This document shows positions 27,094 through 34,407 of a stretch of DNA of 34,407 nucleotides, piece by piece. Each line of letters opens with the position of its first letter. Within the stretch, counting starts at the first letter, position 1. Source of the stretch: Nanobdellati archaeon (GTDB taxonomy: Archaea; EX4484-52; GLR71); contig JAHYJO010000014.1 of the NCBI GenBank assembly GCA_019429125.1, forward strand, positions 10,335-44,741. Direction: 5' to 3'. The position numbers and the translations under genes are program-made. The notes beneath the pieces were generated by a model. It was not told the DNA's origin. It did no database searches and worked only from the letters and a program-made list of their open reading frames with translations.

Positions 27094-29595
27094 ATGGTGC
27101 ACATAAAAAAGCTTATTCTTCACGGTTTCAAATCATTCCAGAAAAAGACAGTCGTACCTTTATACCCCGGTTTCAATGCAGTAATAGGCCCCAACGGTTC
27201 AGGAAAATCAAATGTGATGGATGCCTTGACATTTGTATTGGGACGGAGGAGCCGTGAACTGCGCGCAGGTAGGATGGATCATCTACTTTTCAATGGTGGT
27301 CAAGGTAAAACACCGGCAGATTTTGCCCTAGTTACAATCGAGCTTGACAATTCAGACGGTGAGATCGAAAACCAAGAAGAAACGATAACTGTCACAAGAA
27401 AAGTAAACCGTATGGGTCTTTCAATCTACAAATTAAACGACAAGACGGTTAACAAGAGAGAGATTGACGAGATATTCAAGACCATCAACCTTGACCCTAA
27501 CGGTCATAACATAATTCAGCAGGGCGACATAACTCATGTAATCCAGATGAAACCTAAAGAGCGAAGAGAGATAATAGATGAGATTGCCGGCATAAAAGAC
27601 TACAACGAAAAAAAAGACAAGGCACTGACCGAACTGGCTATGGCAGAGATCAAGCTTAACGAATCAAAGATAGTCCTTGACCAGAAAAAAGTATACATAG
27701 ATAAATTGAAGACTGAAAAAGAGGCCGCAGAAAAGTTCATTGAACTTGAAACCAAACAGGATTTCCTTCTTGCTAGCATTGCCCACTCAAAAGTTGAAGG
27801 CATAAAGAGTGTCCTTGAAAATGTTACAAAAAACCTTAAGGTAAAAGTGGCTGAATACGGCGGGTCAAACAGTAAGGTTGGAAACTTTGACACAGACATT
27901 GACGGCTTTGAGCAGACTTTAGACAAGGTAGAAAAAGAAATATTTGAAAAAAGCATGGACAATGAATGCCGAAAAGAGATAGAAGACATAAATGAGCGAA
28001 TAATCAAACGCGCCGCAAAGATTGAAGGGTTCCATAAAGATATAGAACGTCTTAATGACATGATATCCCGTCTTGACGCTATAAACCGTTCAAAGGCAGA
28101 AGACGTATCCAACCGCTCAGTAAAATCCATACTAGAATCAGGTATAAATGGTGTTTTCGGGAGTATAGGTACACTTATGTCAATAGAAGGTCTGTACCAG
28201 ACAGCAATCGACATAGCTCTCGGCGGTCACGTTAATGATGTTATAGTAGACTCTGAAAACACAGCAATACAATGCATAAGTTACCTGAAATCAAACAACA
28301 TGGGTCGTGTACGGTTCTTGCCTATTCCAAGGCTCCGTGGACACACAGCTTCAGCAAAATCAGAGATTGCGCAAAAGATGCCCGGAATAATCGACTACGC
28401 ATTGAATCTCATTGATTATGAACCTAAATATGACATAGCTTTCCGTGAAGTGTTAAAAGACACACTCATTGCTGAGTCATCTGACGCTGCAAGAAAAGTC
28501 AAGGGTTTGCGCCTTGTAACATTAGAGGGCGACCTTTTTGAATCGGGTGGCGCGATAGTCGGTGGAAATACAAAAAGTTCTGGTACTACACAAAAACACG
28601 GTGCTGATATGTCAGCAATCCTTAACTATGAAAAAGAAAAAGGTAATGCTGAATTAGAAGTAAGGATGCTCAAAGAAGAGATAGGCGAACTAAACATTGC
28701 TCTTAATACCAAGAAAAAAGACATGGATACAAGTTCCGACGACATACAGAATCTAGATAAGAAAAGGCAGGACCTGAAAGAGAAGATATCAAAGATTAAA
28801 GATAACAGAAAGACAATCTATGAGCAGAACATCATGCTCCAGAGCGAGATTGAAGACTTACGTATCAGGAAAGCCAGGCTTGATGCAGAGCTTGAGAACC
28901 TTCTGTTTGCCTATGAAAAATACAAAGACCGTACCGACCTGAAAAAAGACGACCCAGAAGTGCTTCAGATGGGACTGAGAAAAATTGACCGTGATATGCG
29001 CGCACTAGGTCCTGTCAACCAGAAAGCGATTGAAGAATATAATGTGTTTGCTCAAGACTTTGACGATTTCAACGAAAAAGTAGAAAAGCTTGCAGAAGAA
29101 AGAAAATCAATAATATCTATGATTGAAGATATTGAGAACAAAAGACGAGATATATTTAGGGTAGCCTTTGAGAAAGTTGCAGAAGATTTCACACAAGTCT
29201 ATGCTGATTTAACAGATGGAAAAGCCAACTTGCGTCTTGAAGACCCCAAAGACATAGAGTCCGGACTAATAATTGAGGCAGAGCCTAAAGACAAGAAACT
29301 ATTGAGTATAGACTCACTTTCAGGCGGGGAAAAGACAATGGCTGCAACTGCATTTTTGTTCGCGCTCCAAAAATTTAGCCCTGCCCCGTTCTATATCCTT
29401 GACGAGATTGATGCAGCCCTTGACAAAAAAAATTCAGGTACAATAGGCGAGCTGATAAAAGAATATTCAGGCAATTCACAATTCTTAGTAATCTCGCACA
29501 ATGACGTCTTGGTCCACAACGCATTCAGAGTATATGGTGTATCAATGCAAAAGGGCGCATCCCAGATTGTCGGTGTTGAACTGGAAAATAAATAG
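27094..29595 (+). CDS. smc: Chromosome partition protein Smc, unusually short (833 aa)
   Basis: GFKSF, GPNGSGKSN, QQG, hinge (GVFG...AIDIALGG...GRVRFLP...VTLEGDLFESGGAIVGG), LGPVN, LSGGEK, ILDEIDAALD, ISH. Confidence 0.95.
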   Translation: MVHIKKLILHGFKSFQKKTVVPLYPGFNAVIGPNGSGKSNVMDALTFVLGRRSRELRAGRMDHLLFNGGQGKTPADFALVTIELDNSDGEIENQEETITVTRKVNRMGLSIYKLNDKTVNKREIDEIFKTINLDPNGHNIIQQGDITHVIQMKPKERREIIDEIAGIKDYNEKKDKALTELAMAEIKLNESKIVLDQKKVYIDKLKTEKEAAEKFIELETKQDFLLASIAHSKVEGIKSVLENVTKNLKVKVAEYGGSNSKVGNFDTDIDGFEQTLDKVEKEIFEKSMDNECRKEIEDINERIIKRAAKIEGFHKDIERLNDMISRLDAINRSKAEDVSNRSVKSILESGINGVFGSIGTLMSIEGLYQTAIDIALGGHVNDVIVDSENTAIQCISYLKSNNMGRVRFLPIPRLRGHTASAKSEIAQKMPGIIDYALNLIDYEPKYDIAFREVLKDTLIAESSDAARKVKGLRLVTLEGDLFESGGAIVGGNTKSSGTTQKHGADMSAILNYEKEKGNAELEVRMLKEEIGELNIALNTKKKDMDTSSDDIQNLDKKRQDLKEKISKIKDNRKTIYEQNIMLQSEIEDLRIRKARLDAELENLLFAYEKYKDRTDLKKDDPEVLQMGLRKIDRDMRALGPVNQKAIEEYNVFAQDFDDFNEKVEKLAEERKSIISMIEDIENKRRDIFRVAFEKVAEDFTQVYADLTDGKANLRLEDPKDIESGLIIEAEPKDKKLLSIDSLSGGEKTMAATAFLFALQKFSPAPFYILDEIDAALDKKNSGTIGELIKEYSGNSQFLVISHNDVLVHNAFRVYGVSMQKGASQIVGVELENK

Positions 29596-29870
29596 AGACA
29601 AATAAATTAAAATCTCATATCTTTTTGATTTTTGTTCTGATTTGACAAAGTTATATTTATTTTGCGTTTTTTGAGATGTTTTATGCACTGAAGATTTAAC
29701 CACTCAAAAATAAATCAAGACACAAATCCTATTTTATGAAACCAACAATCCGTATTGGAAAACAATAAGATAAAAAATATTACATCATAACTCAAAACTA
29801 AGCATCCCCTTTCCTTGATTATGCTCACGATAAAAAGACATTTTATCTAAAACAAAAAATATAAAACCTA

Positions 29871-31223
29871 TCAATAACTAACTTTTTTTCCCACAAGAAA
29901 CTTACGCAACACAAAATACCCAACAACTCCAGAGACTATGTACGCGATTGACATCCCAATAAATATACCTTGAATCTCAAACATGTAAGACCCAATATAT
30001 ACGAGAGGTACATACAATATAAACATCTGAAAGACTGTAAGTGCAGCGGCAATCATTGGTTTGTTCAGCACATTAAGTGTCATTGTAGATATCATAAACA
30101 CACCATAGAACGCATAGCTTACAGGTAATATGTAAAGGAACATCACAATAGTTGATATGACTTCAGGGTCGCTACTGAAAATACCAGCAATTGGTCCACC
30201 TATCAAACCTAATACTGCAACCATCAGAACTCCCCAAAAGAGAGACAGACGATTACTGTAACTTATGCCTTTACTGACTCTTTCTTTCTTTTTAGAAGCC
30301 CAATTTTGTCCGACAAAAGGTCCGAGGACTGATGAAAGCGCCATCAGTGCTGCAAGCGCAAAAAATTCAATACGTGTTGCAACACCAAATGCTGCAACAG
30401 CTTTAGTCCCATAAGTTGCGATGATGCTGGTCGCAACACCGAGTGCGACAGGCACTATCATGCGCGTGAGTGATACAGGTATCCCAATATAAAGTATTTG
30501 TTTCCAAGATTCAACCATATGTTTGAACGATGGTATCTTAAAACAAATCATATTTTCACGATAGTGAAGTACCCATAACGCAAAAATCAATGTGACTGCT
30601 CGCGCAATTACGGTGGCGATTGCAGCTCCTGCAATTTCAAGGCGCGGAAATGGTCCGATACCAAAAATAAGCAAAGGGTCAAGAATTACATTTGCAATGA
30701 CTGCCACAAGCATTATCATGCTCGGTGTCTTCATATCTCCAGTTGCACGTATGGCACTGTTTCCTACCATAGGCACTATGACAAAAAGTACTCCAATATA
30801 CCATATATTCATGTATTCCTTAACAAGAGGCAATATAGTTGGGTCTGCGCCAAGCAGACCAAACAATAGTTCAGTTGTGAGAAGTCCAATTATTACAAAT
30901 ATTATAGTTAACAAAAAAGATAGTATGAGTGTGTCCGTAGTGAGTCTTTTGACTGTGTTTTCATCTCCATTGCCGATAGCTTTTGATATGACTGCAGATG
31001 CACCTATGCCTATTCCTAAAGATACACTTACAACTACCATGATTACAGGAAATGTAAAACTTAATGCTGCAAGTTCGTTAATACCGAGCTGACCTATAAA
31101 GAATGTATCTACAATGTTGAATGCGACCATGCCAACCATGCCAATCATCATAGCAAGCGTCATATTAACGATTGTCTTTCCGACAGGTCCTTTTGTAAGA
31201 ATTGCTTTTTTCTGTTTCTTCAT
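29871..31223 (-). CDS. MATE family efflux transporter
   Basis: About 12 TM helices; NIVDTFFIGQLG, RATGDMKTP, NVILDPLLIFG, GAAIATVIA, FVGQNW. Confidence 0.93.
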   Translation of the reverse strand: MKKQKKAILTKGPVGKTIVNMTLAMMIGMVGMVAFNIVDTFFIGQLGINELAALSFTFPVIMVVVSVSLGIGIGASAVISKAIGNGDENTVKRLTTDTLILSFLLTIIFVIIGLLTTELLFGLLGADPTILPLVKEYMNIWYIGVLFVIVPMVGNSAIRATGDMKTPSMIMLVAVIANVILDPLLIFGIGPFPRLEIAGAAIATVIARAVTLIFALWVLHYRENMICFKIPSFKHMVESWKQILYIGIPVSLTRMIVPVALGVATSIIATYGTKAVAAFGVATRIEFFALAALMALSSVLGPFVGQNWASKKKERVSKGISYSNRLSLFWGVLMVAVLGLIGGPIAGIFSSDPEVISTIVMFLYILPVSYAFYGVFMISTMTLNVLNKPMIAAALTVFQMFILYVPLVYIGSYMFEIQGIFIGMSIAYIVSGVVGYFVLRKFLVGKKVSY

Positions 31224-31519
31224 AGTCTGTCACGTTCAGATGTATAGAATTATTTATATATTATTTAAATGTTTCTTAAATATAATGAGGTCATTCAGTT
31301 AATCTCAATTTTTCAATCCTTAACTATCTGTATCTGAACATTGCCACTGTTTTTGTGTGCTCAATACATCCTCATTGTTTTTCATATTCTCAAACAGTTT
31401 AAAGGGATTATATCAAATTCCAGATATCTTTATAATCCTCATATTCATCTCATAACTCATAAAATTCCCCTATACCTATATATACTCATAGTAAACCATT
31501 ATCAGATAGGTGATATCTT

Positions 31520-31660
31520 ATGGTAGAAGCTTATTGTATGAAATGCAAAGAAAAACGAGAAATGAAAGATTCCGAAAAAGTAACAATGAAAAACGGAAGA
31601 CCTGCAACAAAGGGAACATGTCCTGTTTGCGGAACAAAGATGTTTAAAATTGGCGCATAA
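31520..31660 (+). CDS. Small Zn-binding DUF5679-type protein, absent from the ORF track
   Basis: Hand translation MVEAYCMKCKEKREMKDSEKVTMKNGRPATKGTCPVCGTKMFKIGA; AGGTGA SD; T-tract downstream. Confidence 0.9.
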   Translation: MVEAYCMKCKEKREMKDSEKVTMKNGRPATKGTCPVCGTKMFKIGA

Positions 31661-31757
31661 GGTCATAAATACAAACATCCATAATCAACTTTTTTATTTT
31701 TTTATTCTCTTTCCAAAAACCCAAACACATAAATACCTGTATTGCGAATAATTCCTT

Positions 31758-32843
31758 ATGTCATTGAACGAGACTATTTCTAATTATATAACAACTGTTA
31801 TAGGTTCATCTCCTTTTGGAATCGAATATTCATTTATTGTTGCAATAATAATACTTTTTGCATCTTTCATCCTTGCCCTGATTATTGATTTCATATTTGA
31901 GAAGATTTTTAAGAGGATTACTGCAAAGACAAAATTCGAATTTGATGACCTTTTAATCTCTGCCCTAAAAAGACCGATTTTCAACACAGTCCTTCTTACA
32001 GGCACATACATTGCTCTTGAAATCATATATTTTTCAGGTAAAGGTCTTGTATTGATGGACAACATCCTGCTTTCAATTTTGATTTTTATCTGGATTTTTG
32101 CAGCAATAAAAGTCAATAAGATACTTTTTGAGAACATAATTCCTAAAATCACTGCAAAGACCAAAAGTGATATGGATGATGAGATTCTTCCATTAGTGAA
32201 AAGTATAACTACTCTAGTATTGATTTTTATAGGTATCATGATTCTTATGAAATCTGTCTGGAACTTTGATATAACACCTATTCTTGCATCAGCTGGTGTC
32301 TTAGGTTTTGCTGTAGCTTTTGCAGCAAAAGATGCAATCTCACAGCTTTTTGGTGGTATCTCAATATATTTTGATAAACCTTTCAAGAAAGGTGACAGGA
32401 TAGAGATAGGTGTGGGCGAAATAGGAATTGTTGATGAGGTAGGATTAAGAAGCACAAAGATACGCAATTTCTACAATAACATGATAATAATACCAAACAG
32501 CGTGATTGCAAACAGTAAGATAATAAACTACAACTATCCAAACGCGAAGATGATGGTAAAGGTCATGATTGGTGTGGCTTATGGTTCAGATGTTGCTAAA
32601 GTGAAAAAAGTTCTTTTAAATATTATAACTTCGATAGAGAAAGTACTTGACACTCCTGCACCCAACATAAGGTTTGACAATCACGGCGAATCAAGTCTGG
32701 ACTTTGCAATAATCATGTGGATAAGGCATCCAGAAGATAAGATGTCAATCATAGATCAGGTAAATACAGCAATCGACAAAGAATTCAAAAAGAACAAGAT
32801 TGACATACCATTCCCTACAAGGACAATAATCAGCAAGAAATAA
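31758..32843 (+). CDS. mscS: Small-conductance mechanosensitive channel (MscS family)
   Basis: LASAGVLGFAVAFAAKD, DKPFKKGDRI, VGLRSTKIR, IIPNS, IGVAYGSD, IDIPFP. Confidence 0.93.
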   Translation: MSLNETISNYITTVIGSSPFGIEYSFIVAIIILFASFILALIIDFIFEKIFKRITAKTKFEFDDLLISALKRPIFNTVLLTGTYIALEIIYFSGKGLVLMDNILLSILIFIWIFAAIKVNKILFENIIPKITAKTKSDMDDEILPLVKSITTLVLIFIGIMILMKSVWNFDITPILASAGVLGFAVAFAAKDAISQLFGGISIYFDKPFKKGDRIEIGVGEIGIVDEVGLRSTKIRNFYNNMIIIPNSVIANSKIINYNYPNAKMMVKVMIGVAYGSDVAKVKKVLLNIITSIEKVLDTPAPNIRFDNHGESSLDFAIIMWIRHPEDKMSIIDQVNTAIDKEFKKNKIDIPFPTRTIISKK

Positions 32844-33070
32844 ATGATTTTTTCTTAATAAATATTTTAGTTAATATTTATATAATTTTTTAAAGAGTGT
32901 TATTTATAATTCAAAATATGATATGTATTGTTGAGTATATTAAACTCGACTTTAGGACTTGATGGTTTTTAAACCACTTCTGATTACTGCTGTTATTGAT
33001 TTTCTATAGGAAATCTGGCTACGAATTAGACACATAACTATATATACTTGCTCGACCCATATAATATTAT

Positions 33071-34407
33071 ATGTATTTGACAATTACTACAAAAACAGTC
33101 AAAGGTAAAAAGTATCGTTCTGCAAAAATTGTAGAAAGTTACTGGGCAGATAATACCTGTAAACATCGAGTTCTAAAAACATTAGGTCCGGTTAATTCAG
33201 ATAGTGATGAGATTAAATTTCGTAAATTATTTGAAGAATATAAAAACGGCAACGATTTTGTTATGATTAATGATATTTCAATTAAGAATTCTAAAAATTA
33301 TGGTGTTTATCATACAGTAAATAAACTTTTTGAGAAATATGAAATCGATAGCATAATCAAGGATAATCTAAATAAAGGAAAACATAAATTCAATGTTTAT
33401 AGTATAATCAAAGCATTGATTATAAATCGTATTGAAAAACAAAACAGCAAACACAAAGCATTTGATTGGGTACAACACGATTATCCAGAAACAATAGATG
33501 CAAATTTAGATAATTTTTATTCATCATTAGATGTATTATTTAAGAATAAGGAAAATATTGAACTTGAAATATTCCAAAAACTTAAAGCAAAAATTAATAT
33601 TGATACATCTAAAGTTCATTATGATTTGACAAGTTCATATTTTGAAGGTAAACATTGCGAAATCGCAATGTTTGGATATTCTAGAGATCATAGAAGTGAT
33701 AGGAAACAAATAGTAATTGGTTTGGTTATGATAGATGGTATACCAGTATACCATGAGATTCATGAAGGAAATACAGTAGATAAAGCAACATTAGAAGGAC
33801 TGATTCTAAAATTAAAAGATAAATTTGAATTAAAAGCACCAACTATTATTGCAGATAGAGGGTTAATTACTGAAAATAATCTAGTATTTCTTGAAAATAA
33901 TAAGCAAAAGTATATTTTAGGATTTAGTAAAAGAAATAATAAAAAAACGAAAGAATTAATTGTAAATGAAATTGATTCTGGAAATGAAACGCATAATGCA
34001 AAAATAATTAAAACGGAAACAGTAGAACGAGATGATAAAAAATACACAAGAACGTATGTGTTATGTTTTGATAAAAATACACATAATGAACGACTTTTAA
34101 AACTCGAGAGTATTTGTGAAAATATAACAAAAAAACTTAAAGATCTAAAAACTAAAATCGATAATCCAACTAAGAAAATTAAAATATCTAAGGAATCACA
34201 GGTTTTAAAAGTTGATAAAATTCTGGGTAAAAATAAAAGATTGTTTTGTATTGAGTTTACTGACAAAACATTTACATACAAAATTAACGAAGAAAATAAA
34301 AAATATGAAGAAGAAGCTGCAGGTAAATTTTTACTGATAACAAACACAGATTTAGGCGCATTGGATCTAATGAAAAGTTACAAAGAACTTATCGTTGTTG
34401 AAAGTGC
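33071..34407 (+). mobile_element. IS1634-family DDE transposase, running off the window end
   Basis: Hand-translated segments: HYDLTSSYFEG, FGYSRDHRSDRKQIVIGL, EGNTVD, IIADRG, GKFLLITN, YKELIVVES. Missing from the ORF track, presumably because the stop lies outside the window. Left end tentatively near 32945. Confidence 0.92.

Noticed and set aside
27094-29595. Rad50/SbcC, Sph or a truncated pseudogene as the identity of the short SMC-like ORF
   Set aside because: It has a globular Smc hinge rather than a CxxC zinc hook, both head halves are intact, and scpA/scpB are nearby.
29596-29870. Possible third member of the TTTGACA repeat family
   Set aside because: Only isolated TTTGACA and AATCAAGACA words are present, with no convincing colinearity.
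32899-32946. AGTATATTAAACT shared with the MITE copy at 10868
   Set aside because: A 13-bp AT-rich match with no TIRs or target duplication.
33760-34347. 195-aa minus-strand ORF
   Set aside because: Antisense to the IS1634 transposase.

Overview
AT-rich archaeal chromosome segment (gatD/gatE, class I CCA-adding enzyme, aEF-1beta, archaeal AspRS; a DPANN-like lineage is plausible but is inference). Left to right: the 3' part of an Ig-repeat surface protein and five type IV pilin-like genes; gatD and gatE split by a dead-plus-intact HD-domain pair; a reverse-strand cluster of small putative nucleic-acid-binding genes; cca; ef1b with a Zn-finger gene; tRNA-Arg(GCG) with a T-loop (59/60) intron; DUF4349; scpA-scpB with a flavoprotein; a divergent purF-like gene; non-discriminating aspS, whose 3' end is duplicated around an AAA+ ATPase islet; a geranylgeranyl reductase and a decarboxylase gene that both seem to need ATT/ATA starts; a very short (833 aa) but motif-complete Smc; MATE; DUF5679; MscS; and a truncated IS1634-family transposase. 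Intergenic DNA holds three copies of a ~165 bp IS6-like MITE with 8-bp target duplications, a second degenerate repeat family and three candidate structured RNAs. The best candidates for new biology are the mini-Smc/ScpAB condensin, the tail-anchored H1-like protein, the aspS-targeted islet and the HD pseudoenzyme pair inside gatDE. All calls come from reading the sequence; no searches were run.
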